Source: Methanobacteriota archaeon (GTDB lineage Archaea > Thermoplasmatota > Poseidoniia > Poseidoniales > Thalassarchaeaceae). Taken from it: 59,460 nucleotides of DNA. The stretch is from positions 1-59,460 of the forward strand of contig BPDA01000005.1 of NCBI GenBank assembly GCA_019654055.1. The letters run 5' to 3'. The notes under the pieces were generated by a model. The model saw only the letters and a list, made by a program, of their open reading frames with translations, ran no database searches and was not told the DNA's origin. Position numbers and translations under genes: made by a program. How positions within the stretch are numbered: position 1 is the stretch's first letter; each line of letters starts with the position of its first letter. Positions 46,060 to 58,379 of the stretch are shown piece after piece.

Positions 46060-49000
46060 TCAGAGGGCGATGTTCTCTCCGCACACAGGGCACTTGGCCG
46101 CATGCACATCCAGCGGGGTTTCGAACCTGCAATCACACCCTGGGCACATCACCGGCTTGTTCAGTTGTGGCTCAGGCGGATCCGGAGGCGCCTCAGGTGC
46201 GTCTGCACTTGGCTCAGGCAGGGGGGCGGGCATAGGGGGCAGCTCCGGGACCGGGACAGCCTGACTCCTCTTCCGGCGGCGGCCCCGACGCAATTCTGCC
46301 CCTCCTTCCAGCTCCACTAACTCAACTAGATTGGAACCCTCGTCTTCGCTGGTACTCACCGCTAAGTCGTCCTCGTCGACCACGTCGACCACGTCCTCCT
46401 CGAGCAGCACGCTGCCCGACGCCTCGACGCTCCTACGTCTCCTCATCCACCTGATTCCCCTAGCGGACATGGTGGCCAGTATGACCGTGCACAGCAGCAG
46501 AATGATGACGGCAATCCCACCTAGGAGGATGTTGAAGTTCTGTTCGTCCAGACCGAGGGCATGCCTGATTTGGTCCAACATTCCGCCCCCGCTGCTGGGA
46601 CCGTGGTCGTCGACGACCGCTCTGATCAGCCAACCGCCGGCCGAGGTGTGTACGAGTAGCGTCTCGCTACTAGCAGGGGAGCGGTCGATGAGGTGCAGAT
46701 TCCCGAGGTTAAGACGGTTGGATAGGCCCAGCCAACCCTCGTCGGCATCGACGATGCCGTATCTGACTTGGGGGCCGCTGGGCCCGACGACGTCGAAGAA
46801 GACCTGCACCCCCCTCTCGACTTCCTTCATCATGATGGAGCTCAGGCCCCTAGAGGGATAGGTACGACTGAGGTTTTCAATCGGTTCGAATGACGAGTCC
46901 GCCACCATCGCAATCATCACCGATTCGTGCCCATCGCCCTCTCTCCAAGCAGCGGTGATTCTTTCCTCTCCATCGATGATATGGACCTTCATAACTGCTA
47001 GGGAGGCCTCGTCCCCCACCGCCTTCTTGTAGGTCCAGGAGGACTGCTCAATGAGACCGTGTGCATACCACAGTCCGTGCCTCTCAATCCCTGTCGAATC
47101 GCTTCTGGTGGACTGGTACAGGAGGTGCGCCCCATCATCCTCCCCGAACTCTACGTCCAGCGAGCTGGCTGTTCCAGGGATGAGATCGATTTCCCCAATC
47201 ACGTTCGGAGTGAGCGTCCAGTCCGAGGACTTGGTGGGGTTGTCTGCGTGCAGCAGAAAGACGCTGGTCTCATCGCCGAACGTGCCTCCGGTGAACATGT
47301 CCCTGTGGTAACCAGAGATTAGGACCTCCTCGTCATCTACGTCGACATCAATTCCCCAGTACTTGCCATCCGACAGCGAGATGGGGTCCATCAGGTCCTG
47401 GATTGGCGACATCTGACAGGTCGCGTCTATCGAGGAGTAGCTCAGGGTCTGTAGGAAGTACCCAGAGGAATCCAGAAACCTCCTAGTCCAAACCAAGTGC
47501 GCCCAGCCATCCTCGGTGCTCCAAGTCGCGATGTCGCCGGACCACATTTCGTCGAGCACGTTGGTGCAGGGCGTGGTACCCTTGTTCGAGTTCAACCGGT
47601 AAGGGACAGCATCCCGCCCTTCTCAGTGATTACTATGCCCTCGCCGTCGAGGTCAATGACCCTTATTGGCAACTCTCCGGCATCGAAATTAAGCGCACGT
47701 CCGCCAGAGAGGGTCGACTCATCCACTAGGACCGCCGTCTCTACCTGGTTATTGCTCCAGTCTAGGTCGGCCAATCCCGAGCCGCTCAGAGTGATTCTCA
47801 CTTCGAGAGGGCCGGATTGATTGACCCTGTGGGCGAACGAGAGCTGCGATGCACCTTGCCCCACCACGAGCGATATCGCTGTGGATGACACCAACTCCCA
47901 GCCGAGGTCATTGTGAATCTCGAGCGTGGCTTCAACGCTGGTGGCGTCACTGGAGCCGAGGTTGTCCACCCTAGCTGTGATTAGGAACTGCTCGTTGGGG
48001 CGCGGGATGACGGGCTCGGTCCTCACCGCTCCATCACGGAAGGCTAGATCGATGCCCTGAGGTCTCTTGACGACTGGGAAGGTGATTGACTGGTCGTTGT
48101 CGTCCTCGTTTAACTCCTCTATGGAGTTCGATGGGTCGAGGGATACCATCACTGTCTTTTCACCTACGGTAGTCGGATTCCAGTACAGGACCACCTCGAC
48201 GATGTCACCGCTGTCGATGCTGGGCAGGACCATCTCGTCCTTGCGCGAACCGTCTTCGTACAGGGCTATGGCGAGATTCGATGCCGCTAGGTCACCGTCG
48301 TTTCGAATCTCAGTACGAATCTCGAGGAAGGTGTTGACATAGGTCTCGGTGAGCGGGATGCCGTACTCCTCGACAGACAGGCCAGTCCTGAACATCAGAT
48401 TCGCAGCTGGCGGGTAGTTGTCGACCTCGACCGTCCGGCGTATCTCCTCGGAGTAGATCCCGTCCCCGCTGACCATTCTCGAGGAGAGGCGGTAGAACCC
48501 ATCGTCCACTTCCTCGGTGTCCCAAGTGACCGACCAGTCACCGCTGCCACTACCGCTGCCTCCGAAGGTCTGCGCCACTCCCCATGGATCGGTACCCAGC
48601 CTCCACTGCATAGTCCCCCCGTTCACTGATTCCCAGGTGCCGTACACATTGACGTTCCCAGAGACGGGGTTCTGCCCGCTGGGCCCCCCCATCGTGACGG
48701 CGACCAAGCCGACCTCGTGCTTCTGTTCGACCATGTCACTCCACTGATCGAACTCGTTCCTCGCCTGTGCCTCGATGATTACCTCGATGACGTTAATCTC
48801 ATCCTCGGTGAACTCGGGCAGGGTGAACGGAGTCGTCCAGTTGGAAGTCCCCTGAGCGGCGTGCCAGTCGAGCAGGATCACCTCCCTCTTGGGCTCGCCA
48901 TCGGGCCTGTGAGTGTATGAGATTCTGACCGCCACTTCGTCGATCGTGCCGTTGGTCTCGGCATCCTCGTCTATGTGGCCTCTGGCGCTGTAGGTCTCTC

Positions 49001-50831
49001 CTTCGACCAGCCACGACCCCTCTTCGGGATTCTCCATTACAACCCAGTCGCCTGAGCCTGGAGGAGGTGGTTCGGTGCTGTTGTTGCCGGGGGTCGGGTC
49101 GACCCCACCCCCTAGCATCGCCTCGAGAATCATGTTTCCGTCGATGATGCCGAATCCGTACTGCTCGTTCCACTTGTCTGTGATGTCGGGCTCCGAGGCC
49201 TGCCCACGCCTCTCCGAGTTGTTCTGTAATAGGTCCTTTATCTCCTGAGGCTCCAAACTGCTGTCTATCTGTAGCATCACCGCGACGAGGCCAGCGACAG
49301 CGGGGCAGGACATGCTGGTTCCAGACATCTGAGTATAACTGTCTTCGGCCAGGGGCTTTGGAGCACCCGGGATGGTACTGCTCGAGGCCGCGTTCTGAGC
49401 TGACATGATGTTGGAACCGGGGGCCACGACCGTGGGCTTGAGTTCGTCCCATTCGTTGTCGTCCCCATCATCCTCTCTAGGGCCGGAGTTTGAGTAGGAT
49501 GCAATCATGTCATCACCCCTCTCAATGGTGTTCTCGTCGTCTATGGCCCCGACGGTGATGGCGCTGTCGGAGGACCCGACCGACGTCACCCTCCTCCTAC
49601 CGTCGTTGCCTATGGCCGCGACGGGAACTATGCCCGCCTCGGCTGCCTCGTCGACCGCCCTCGCCTCTGCACTGGTACCGTTGTCACCCGGATCGTCCCC
49701 CTGCGGGTCCGACCCAGACCCGAATGACATGGACATCACGTCGATGCCCTCGCTCGACTCATTGTTGCCCCAGTCGTGATCGACGTTGTCGACCACCCAC
49801 TGTATTCCTCTGAGCGTCGCAGCCGAGTTCGTCGCACCGGCATCTGTCATGACCTTGACGTCGACGAGGTAGGCGCCTGGGGCATAGCCCTGGTTAATGC
49901 GACGTTCGTCGCCGGTTCCGAGGGCTATTCCGGAGACGTGAGTCCCGTGCCCGTCGCCGTCATCCGGGTCATTGCTGCCATCATCGCAGTCCTGGGAGCT
50001 CCACGAAGTGGCATCGCAACCGCCGAGCCACTTCGGGTCAGCGAGCTCATCGGGCTCCTTCTCGTTGTCGTTGTTCTCGTCCGAGAAGTCGTCTAGGGAG
50101 AAGTGCTCGTTGTCGACGCCGGTGTCGAGGATGGCGATTACGACACCAGAGCCATCGTAGCCGAAGTCCCGCATAGTCTCGTCGAAGATTTCCGAGTCCC
50201 TTACCTTGGAGCCCCGTGTGGCCTTGTCGAGGAGCGGCACTATCACGGTCTGCTCTTCGATCATCACCACCCCGTCCAACGACCAGATGTCAATCAGCGA
50301 GCTGACTGGCACGTGGTCGATGACTATTGAATCGAGAATCCTCAGGGGGTCGAACCACGAACTCTGGTCCTGCCAACCGTGCTCGTATAGCACTGTTCTG
50401 ATGGCATCGATGTCACTGGCTCCGGGATGCCACGAGTAGTCGACGACTATGGCGACGGTAGGCAGGCCATCGGCTCCCGTAATCGAGGTCGTAGAGACGG
50501 AGGTCCTCTGGCCGGCGATAATCCTCTGCAGCCTGTCGTCCATCCCGTCCGAGTCCAGATCGTACCAGTACCCGAACCACCATCCAGGCTCCTCGACGGG
50601 TGGATCCGAATCCGCTGGACGGAAGCCCGGCATGCGATTCTTTTCAGGGCATTCGAAATCTCCGCACATCAATGGAGGCGGCATGTTCGGCAATGGAGCA
50701 ACGAGTTCCTCGCCGCTATCTCCCGTATCCTCTGGAACTTGCACCAAAGCGTTGGCAGCGAGCGAGAAGTCGGTCACGAGGAGCAGTGCTGCGACAATGA
50801 GAGGAAGTCTCAGATTCCCGCTGCTGCCCAT
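46060..50831 (-). CDS. S8 subtilase with Ig/CARDB-like domains, TM helix and cytoplasmic zinc ribbon (ORFs 47592..50831 and 46060..47595 probably joined, frameshift near 47600)
   Basis: Catalytic triad motifs ILDTG, HGTHVSG and SGTSMS. IEELNEDDN and DWSNN (CARDB-like). C-terminal CPGC...CPVC. Confidence 0.85.
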
Positions 50832-50901
50832 GGCTCTCTAGGAGAGCCAAACTCGGATGGGGTTTAATCTCAACCTGTCACGGTTTGCCCTCGAAACCGG
50901 T

Positions 50902-51936
50902 TCATGGCCACTTCACGTGACTACCGGAGACCACGCAACGCATTCGGCAGTTCTCTCCCTTCATCTCGGTTTTCATCTCGCCGTCGCAGACCGGACAGAT
51001 GGTGTGCTCGGACAACTCCTCCAGCCAAGCCCTCCTTGTCTCGAGTTCATCGCCCTCCTCGCGCAACCTCAGGAGAATCCTCGCAGCTTCGCCCTCAAGC
51101 GGCTTGTCGGCTGCGAACCACGGGTCGTCATCAAGGCCCCCCATGCTCTGTTTGGCCTTCGATAGTAGGGCCTGGGTCCGCTGCGATTGGGTAGCATCCC
51201 CATCGATGGAGTCTAGTGAGCTAGGCGCACCTTTGGCAATCGGTCTGGCGAGTACGTAGGCCAGGAAGAATCCGCCTACGTGGGCCATGTGGGCGACATC
51301 CGACTCGCCTGCGGTGCCAGACTGCAAAGAATACATCTGCCACACCTCGAGACCCAGCCTCACGAACACGATTAGCCAGACCGGCCAAGCGCGGATGAAG
51401 AACAGCAGTGGAAACTCAACCTTGTCCTCTGGCCAGCATGCCATATAGGCTCCCAGCAGACCAAAAGCAGCCCCGCTGGCACCTATCGCTGGGTTCAACG
51501 AATCAGGATGGGAGAGGACCCAAGCCAGATTTCCTCCGATGAACCCGAGGAAGTACACTGCTAGCCATCTACGCCCTCCCAGCCTCTGTTCCAGGGGAAT
51601 CCCCACCAGCGCTATCACCAGTATGTTGCTCAGCACGTGGATCCAGTCAGCGTGCAGCCACGCAGCAGACAGCATCCTGTAGGATTCGACGGGATCTCCC
51701 ATGACCCCGGGCTTGATGCCGAGCAGGTCAATCATCCATGAGAATTGCATCGGCACCCCTTGGAGAACTGAGTGCGCGAACTGGACGAACGCCACCAGCA
51801 TCAGGGAGAGCACCGTGGCTAGGGCCAGACTGGTCCCATCGCGGTATGCCGAGACGTACGGGCCCGCGGCTAACGCCAACATGACCCCCAGCACCAGCAG
51901 GTCAGCGCCAGCCAAGTCAGCCCATTCGACGCCCAT
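50902..51936 (-). CDS. Rhomboid family intramembrane serine protease with C-terminal Cys-rich tail
   Basis: WLHADWIHVLSN, GASGA, AHMAHVGG, then CPVC...C...H at the C-terminus. Confidence 0.92.
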   Translation of the reverse strand: MGVEWADLAGADLLVLGVMLALAAGPYVSAYRDGTSLALATVLSLMLVAFVQFAHSVLQGVPMQFSWMIDLLGIKPGVMGDPVESYRMLSAAWLHADWIHVLSNILVIALVGIPLEQRLGGRRWLAVYFLGFIGGNLAWVLSHPDSLNPAIGASGAAFGLLGAYMACWPEDKVEFPLLFFIRAWPVWLIVFVRLGLEVWQMYSLQSGTAGESDVAHMAHVGGFFLAYVLARPIAKGAPSSLDSIDGDATQSQRTQALLSKAKQSMGGLDDDPWFAADKPLEGEAARILLRLREEGDELETRRAWLEELSEHTICPVCDGEMKTEMKGENCRMRCVVSGSHVKWP

Positions 51937-52042
51937 GTCGCCCGACTAGGCCGCGAGGCACCAGCGCATAGGCACTTCGTTGACCGACGGAATTACTCAA
52001 ACGATGGCGCACCCTCGGAATCCCGTGGAGCAAGGCACCTTG

Positions 52043-52756
52043 ATGCATGTCGCGGGCGTGGAAGTGCGACGCGGTCCTCGAACTGTGCTGAGTGATGTCG
52101 ATTTCCGACTTCTAGAGGGGGAGGTCGTGGCTCTCGAGGGACCGAACGGCTCGGGCAAGACCACTCTGCTGGAGAGCTGTGCGGGGATTTTGCCTCTGAC
52201 ATCGGGGAGCGTGACTTGGCGCGATGGCCAGGCGGAGGTGATAGTGCGCGACTCGGAGGGACGCAGGAACGAACCCCCTCCCATGGGCTTGACCTTGCAG
52301 AGCGACGGGATGTGCGGCGAGGAGACTGTCGAGGAGAGGCTGCTTCTCTCGCTAACCGTCTCAGGCCGGGGTCAGAACGCCGGGGCCGTCTCGCAGATGC
52401 TGTCGGAATGGGGCCTCGAGCACCGGCGGGCCGACCGGGTTTCCCATCTTTCGGGAGGCCAGCGCCGCCGTCTGGCGGTTCTGTGCGGACTGGCTCCAGC
52501 AGCCCTCAGCGCTGACTCGATGGTCGTATTGCTGGATGAGCCTTCGGAGGGACTCGACGACGCGGGCAGAGAACTCCTATCCGGCTGGCTGCGAGCACTG
52601 GCCGGAGCCGGTCACGGCGTGGTTCTGGCCACTCATGACGCGGGGATAGCGAGATGCGCGGACAGGATGGTCAGAGTGGGTGACGGCCACCTGGAGGAAA
52701 GTCCACGGGGCCCTGCGAGGGCGAGCCTTCCAAGCTACCAGATCCAAGCCAGTTAG
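52043..52756 (+). CDS. ccmA: ABC ATPase, CcmA-like (possibly fused to the downstream permease)
   Basis: GPNGSGKT, LSGGQRRR, LLDEP, ATHD. Upstream of a CcmC-like gene. Confidence 0.65.
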   Translation: MHVAGVEVRRGPRTVLSDVDFRLLEGEVVALEGPNGSGKTTLLESCAGILPLTSGSVTWRDGQAEVIVRDSEGRRNEPPPMGLTLQSDGMCGEETVEERLLLSLTVSGRGQNAGAVSQMLSEWGLEHRRADRVSHLSGGQRRRLAVLCGLAPAALSADSMVVLLDEPSEGLDDAGRELLSGWLRALAGAGHGVVLATHDAGIARCADRMVRVGDGHLEESPRGPARASLPSYQIQAS

Positions 52757-52779
52757 CCAAGCCGAGCACGCACGGCTCA

Positions 52780-53436
52780 TTGGTGCGCTGGGCTATCAAG
52801 ATGGAGATGCGTAACCCGGTAGACACCACCGGCCGTGCGACTCCAGCACTGGTCGCCCTGCTACTCTCATACACGCTTTTGCAGGAGGTCGACATGAGCC
52901 ACGCCGGCAGCGATCTGCTCGCCGCCCTAGTGCTGGTTCCGGCCTTCATCACGGTCGTCGTTTCGCCGGCTCTAATCCGCCGTCTGACCGAAGCAGATTG
53001 CGGCAGGTGGTGGAGCGCTGTCATCGGACCGGGCGCGAGGCCCACTTACTCGATTATAGGCGCCTCTATCATCCTCCCCCTGCCTCTGACTTACCTCTCA
53101 TGGATCGTGCTCGCAGGACCCTCGGACGCCGCCTCCGAGTCAGAGGTCCTGAGTTGGCTATGGCTTCCAGCAGTCGTGATGATCGACGTCGCGGCAGCCG
53201 CAGCTGCCCTGCATCTGCTGGTGGCTGACCTCAGGCGAGCCAGCGCTGCAGCTGCTTCGCTACTTCTGTTGGTACTGGTCTGGCCGTTCCTACAGCTAAC
53301 CGACGCCCTCTCGGTCATCATGACGGAGGGGATGTCATTCGGACTCGGTATGGGCGACCCACTGGTCTCCTGCATCATGGCGAGCCTGATATCCATCCTA
53401 GTCTGGGCCGTCGCGATCTACCTGCCAGACGCGTGA
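52780..53436 (+). CDS. Multi-TM permease, CcmB-like by context
   Basis: About six hydrophobic segments. Lies between the ABC ATPase and the CcmC-like gene. Confidence 0.55.
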   Translation: MVRWAIKMEMRNPVDTTGRATPALVALLLSYTLLQEVDMSHAGSDLLAALVLVPAFITVVVSPALIRRLTEADCGRWWSAVIGPGARPTYSIIGASIILPLPLTYLSWIVLAGPSDAASESEVLSWLWLPAVVMIDVAAAAAALHLLVADLRRASAAAASLLLLVLVWPFLQLTDALSVIMTEGMSFGLGMGDPLVSCIMASLISILVWAVAIYLPDA

Positions 53437-53474
53437 AGACCAGCATTGATGATGAGTAGCAGCGTCGGCGTGCC

Positions 53475-54180
53475 ATGCGGTCACTCAGAGCCACTGGAGT
53501 GACACTCACTGCGCTGGGCCTGTCAGGCGCCGCTGCGACGCTGCTACTGGGTCTGCTCTGGGCGCCATCCGTTGACCCCGAGGCCTGGAACGCCCCCGAG
53601 GCATACCGCATCCTGTTCTGGCACGTCCCGTTCGCCTGGTCCTCGTTCATCGCGTTCAGCGTCCTTTTCATCGGCTCAGTGGCTTGGTACGCACGTCGCT
53701 CGGAGCTTGGATGGAGACTCATCTGCACAGGTTCTGACCTCGGCCTGCTGTTCGGTCTCGGAGTTGTGATTTCGGGGCCGATATGGGGCTCGGCGGAATG
53801 GGGGGTCCCGTGGGACTGGGGCGACTTGAGGTTGAACACCTACGGCCTGCTCACGGCCGTAGCATTGTTCCTTGTCCTCGCTCGCAACTCGCAGCCGGAG
53901 GGTCACGACACCCGCGACACCATCGCATCGGTCGGGTGTTCGGATTCGCTCTGGTCCCGATTACCGCACTGGCCACCACTTGGTACCAAGAGCGTCCCCC
54001 CGGGATTATCATCGTGGAGACCGAGGAGCCGGACTGGCTCCGAGATCCTATGGTCCTCGTCCTGGCTTCTTCGTTCTTCGTGCTGTTCCCCGGCTTCGCC
54101 ATCCTCAGTGACTCGCTGCATCAGATGGAGTCAGGCTGAGTGGGCTACAGCCCCGGGCTCGACGAGGAGGCGATACACTG
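53475..54180 (+). CDS. ccmC: Cytochrome c biogenesis / heme exporter CcmC-like protein (frameshifted; end approximate)
   Basis: YRILFWHVPFAW, SGPIWGSAEWGVPWDWGDLRL (WWD domain). Confidence 0.8.
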
Positions 54181-54187
54181 CCCGGGG

Positions 54188-54325
54188 ATGCCGAGCTCGC
54201 CATTACATACCTCGCCCTTATCGGGCTGATAGGGCCTACTCTACAGGCTGATGAGCAGGTGGCTGATGTCGAAAGCCGCTTGGAAGCAGGGGAAAAACGC
54301 CGTCTCATCCGAGGAAAGCGACTGA
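54188..54325 (+). CDS. Small single-TM protein, possibly CcmD-like (needs indel correction)
   Basis: Reconstructed ELAITYLALIGLIG.LYRLMSR...SSEESD*, immediately after ccmC. Confidence 0.3.
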
Positions 54326-54388
54326 ATTCGGCCGTTTTTCCCTTCGGGAACCCTTGAAACGGAGGGTCGAGCGGAGGTAGGGAGAATC

Positions 54389-55430
54389 ATGTCAGCTGGA
54401 GCCTTCTGCATCGCCTGCGGAGCACGCCTCCGTTGACCTCCGAGAGGATGTGCGAGGACTGTTTGAGGCAGCGCCCCAAAACCTCTCGAGAATCCCGGAG
54501 ACGATTCAGCAGTCGCGTTGCGCCAAGTGGACTCTTTCGAGGTCAGAGGGCGTTGGTCCGAGATGGACCCGGATGCCATCGCTGACCTGCGCACCCGGGA
54601 GAACCTAGTCGCCGAGGAGCGCGCGAAGCAGGTGGACGTAGGAATCTCGGTCCAGTTCATCGACGAAGAACCAGTCGCTCCACATCAAAAGTACTGGCAG
54701 CATAGAGGGTCACGACTTCGAGGACCGGCACGAGGTGCTGCTGCAGACCAGCAACGCCGTATGCCTGCGTGGCCGCAAGGCAGGCTCGTACTTCGAGGCC
54801 ACCGTGCAACTCGCTGGGCCCGGAGAGGTTGGACGACGGCGAGCTGAAGCAACTCCGGCAACCTCGACGACATGCTAGAGAACATGGAGCCGACCCCATG
54901 TTCTTCGTCACCAAAGGGGGCCCCGGTGACCGGTGGTTGGGATCTCCAACTGGGCTCCAAGGCAATGGCCAAGAATTGGGGTGGGAGACTCGTCAGAAGC
55001 TTCGGAGGCACCATCAGGGAGACCTCGACTGTGGTCGGCTCCAACGACGGCATAGAGTGACCAGGCTGACCCTGAGTTACCGCAAGCCCGCTACGGTATT
55101 CGGATGTGATTCGATTTAGGAAGCAGTTGTGGTTGGTCGAGGCTGGCAGAAGGACGGCCCCAACCTGCGTAGTATGGACAGGTTCGAACGAACCGGGGCT
55201 ACATGGAGGGACATGGAGAAGTCACGGTGGGCTGCCCGCTGTCTGAGCAGCATCTCGTCGATGTGATGAACCGCGACAGTTCGGCAGCCGAGGTGATGGA
55301 TCCCACCGACTACAGGATGGTGACCGTCGCGCTGCCCTACGATGACGATGGGCCCGTCCTCACGTCTGCGCATCGGCTTCATAGACGGAGCGTGGCTGGC
55401 GTTGCCGGGAGCAGTAGGAGAGTAGCAGTA
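54389..55430 (+). CDS. nmd3: NMD3 family ribosome biogenesis protein (heavily frameshifted)
   Basis: MSAGAFCIACG...MCEDC, later C.AC.R.AGSYFEATVQL and GGWDLQLGSKAMAK...RLTLSYR. Confidence 0.7.
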
Positions 55431-56396
55431 TGGCCCAGCAGACATCCCCCCTCTGCCGACCGATGCCGGGAATGGCAGGATTTACCCGCCCTTCGTCGAC
55501 GACCCCGACGGCATGGCTGGATGGGATCGAGGCCGATTCCGACTGGAGGGGGTAATCTGCCCCGGCATGGGGGGCTCGGGCGCGGAGGGAGGTTCCTCAA
55601 GTCCCTGCCGACTCGAGGGAGGCCCCCCCTTCGTGGTCTGGAGCGACTACGGACTGCCTAGCTGGTGGGGGCCGGATGGTGGGCCCGGGACCTCTTTTCG
55701 GGAGACACCGAGGGGACCTCGACGGCGTCCGCATGGCACTGAGTCCGGCGGGACCGTCATCGGGTGTCTTCGGGAGGCAGTTGTCCGAGATCTCGAGGAC
55801 GGGACGAGTGCGCCCCCTCCGGTGCCCCCCGGTCAGGCCCCGTTTCCCCTTTCGGCCAATTTCGGGCCAACTGCAGCCAGTTGGGCCCTGGGCTGCTGCC
55901 CCCACCCACCCGACGAGATTTCCGAGATGCTGGGCCGACTTAGGGGGGCTTTGTCCGGCCGATCTGGGCGGAGGGACGCATGTCCGAACTATGGCGAGGT
56001 CCATGCTCGACGGGAGATGGAATCGCTCCCTCCGAGTGGCTCCGCGGTACCGCTTCCCTGCAGGTCAACGAGAACTCGGACGGCTTCGCAAATTCCTCCG
56101 AGTCCCGAGATGAACCACAACGAATTGTCGCATGGGGTCCGAAGGGTCCTCCGCGCGCTGGTGGCACTACTGGAGGGAATGCACCCGCGCACGCATGCGC
56201 GAAAGGCTGGATGCTGGAAACATGAGAGCGAGGGGGTGTGGCGAATCGAGTGCGAGGGGAGAGCCGCTGGAACGCCTCCCCTACGCCGCCCACGTACCGA
56301 CTGGGTCTCGATTGCCCTGGCATTGGCCAAGGGAAAGGGGTCCCTCCGAATGGCGCCATCGACTCCCTCAAGGCGCATCTGGCCAGCATTCAGTAG
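55428..56396 (+). CDS. Hypothetical protein, reading frame unresolved because of many indels
   Basis: ATG after the nmd3 end. A plausible terminal frame AIDSLKAHLASIQ* converges on the M23 gene. Confidence 0.3.
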
Positions 56397-56972
56397 AGCG
56401 GCCCCCGCACGAGCCTCGGGTCCGGGTAGTCCAGTAGGGCCTCCCTCCCTGTCTTCGGGCGCCACCACTCCTGGGAGGTCATGAGTCTCTGGCTCGACGA
56501 GGGAGAGCTGGAAATGCAGGTGCGGTTCCCAGCCGCCATTCTCGTGCTTGCCCCCCATCCAACATATTACCTCGCCCGCGGATACTGGTTGGCCGACTTG
56601 TTTACCGACAATCGAGGCCGCATCGAGGTGCCCGTATAGAGCCCAGAGCGGAACGCCGTCGAGCAAGTGCTTGGTAATCACCACATTACCATAATCGCCA
56701 TCGGCCGGATTGTAGCCGAAGTGTGAGATTTTTCCATCGGCGAAAGCCATGCACGGCGTGCCGACAGGCGCACCGATGTCAATCCCGACATGGAGGAACC
56801 GACTTCCCTCGAAGAGATCGGTCGAATACATCCCTGGGCGCAGTTCATCGTAACGACCAATGTCATATTCGTATTTCGAAGGTGAGTCGTCGCCTGATGT
56901 GAAGTCTCGCACTTCGTACTCATCGGGTAGGTCTACTACCGGTTGGAACTCATACGAATCCCAGTCAATCAT
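56390..56972 (-). CDS. M23 family metallopeptidase (frameshift near 56440; reconstructed end YPDPRLV.GPLY*)
   Basis: HVGID, YGNVV, LYGHL, ENGGWEPHLHFQL. No signal peptide. Confidence 0.85.
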
Positions 56973-56985
56973 CAGTCTACCTCTA

Positions 56986-58253
56986 TCACAGAAGATCCTC
57001 GGCCTTTGAGAGTTGTTCCTTGACCTTCTTCTCTACTATGTCGAGGTTGTTACGAAGATCTTCTAGAGTAGTGATTGCGCTACTAGCGCCCCCCTTCATC
57101 GATTGGAAGAGGCCGAGTTTGGTCTTGGCCTGAGTAAGATGCTTTCGCAATGCATCTACATCGATTTCATCCTCTCCACTCGAGCGTATCTCCTCTGCGA
57201 TTAGTTGTGCTCGTAGGGTTCGGTAAACTACCTCAAGTGCGAGAAAATCGTCGTTATCCCAGTCGACACCCACGATGAAGTTCTCGTCCTCTTGTCCAAC
57301 GACATGCTGACGCACTCCCATCCACTTTCTCTCCATTAGACCTATTCCGCAGACAGCACCGCGCATCTTCACGCCACCCCTAGTCTGTTTGATGAGCTCT
57401 TTACGGCTGATTGATTTCCCCGATTTTGCTTCGATAGCAATACGAATCTCGGCAATACCAGGTGAAATGATTAAAATTTGACGATATCTCCAATTTTCGA
57501 CCTCGACTTGCCCACGCCTTCGCCGCCAGTGTGCTCTATCCGGTCACCGAACAAATCAGCAATATCTTGCAATGCTCAACAGCATCGTTCTCAAAGTGAA
57601 TTCCCCTTTTCCCCGGGACTTTTTTCCTTGAGTTCGGAAATTTCGTCCTCTTTTGACTGGAGTAGTTCGTCGACTTTGAGGGCTGACTTGATCTGGTCCA
57701 TTTCCGTTTTCAAATCGCTCTTCAATTTGGTGAAGTTGGTACGTTGTTCATTGAGGAAATGTCGCAAGGGAGAGTCTTCGCTAGCCATATCAAGGGCAGA
57801 GGTGATCTCTTTCTCTACGCCCTCAAACTTCGTATCCATCACCGCAGTAACGCGATTAGGTACGCTGCTCGCCTTATCCGGATTTGAAATGTCATCGAAT
57901 ATGCTATCCAACCGCTTTTTCAGATCGCCTCTTTCACCGAATGAGTCACTAAGGCGGTTGGCCAGTTGTGATTCATCTCCTGTCAGTTTCCGGTCGATTA
58001 GGAGAGAGAGTGATTCCTCAAATTCGGCATCGAACTCCCGATACTTGTTGATAGTAGAGTCGATGGCATTCTCAATCCGTTCGGTAGAGAGTGTGAATTC
58101 ACCACCCTCAATCGCGAGTAAACCAATTTTTAGAGCTCGAACCAAGTGACCCCGCAGACGGTCTGGATCGTTCTTGATATCATCAGGAATCTTGTTTAGG
58201 ATATCTATTGGAACAAGCAGATTGTAATCAGAATCACCGAATTCAGAAGGCAT
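56986..58253 (-). CDS. Coiled-coil protein with PD-(D/E)xK nuclease-like domain (RmuC/DUF2130-like), frameshifted
   Basis: Coiled coil, then EKGNS.E and intervening frames SKIGDIV...IAIEAKSG, then a C-terminal coiled coil. DNA is visibly AT-richer. Confidence 0.55.
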
Positions 58254-58379
58254 ATCTCCAGTCACCCACTCCGCTGCAATTAGGAGATATCTTCCGAGGT
58301 ATTTGAACTCTGAGAGTACCAATCCGCACCCCCCCAATCTCCAAATTGATTCATAGGTGTAATCGGACCTTCGCAAACC

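Noticed and set aside
55513-56484. 323-aa and 327-aa overlapping ORFs as real overlapping genes
   Set aside because: Read-through artefacts of indels. The M23 gene plausibly ends at 56390.
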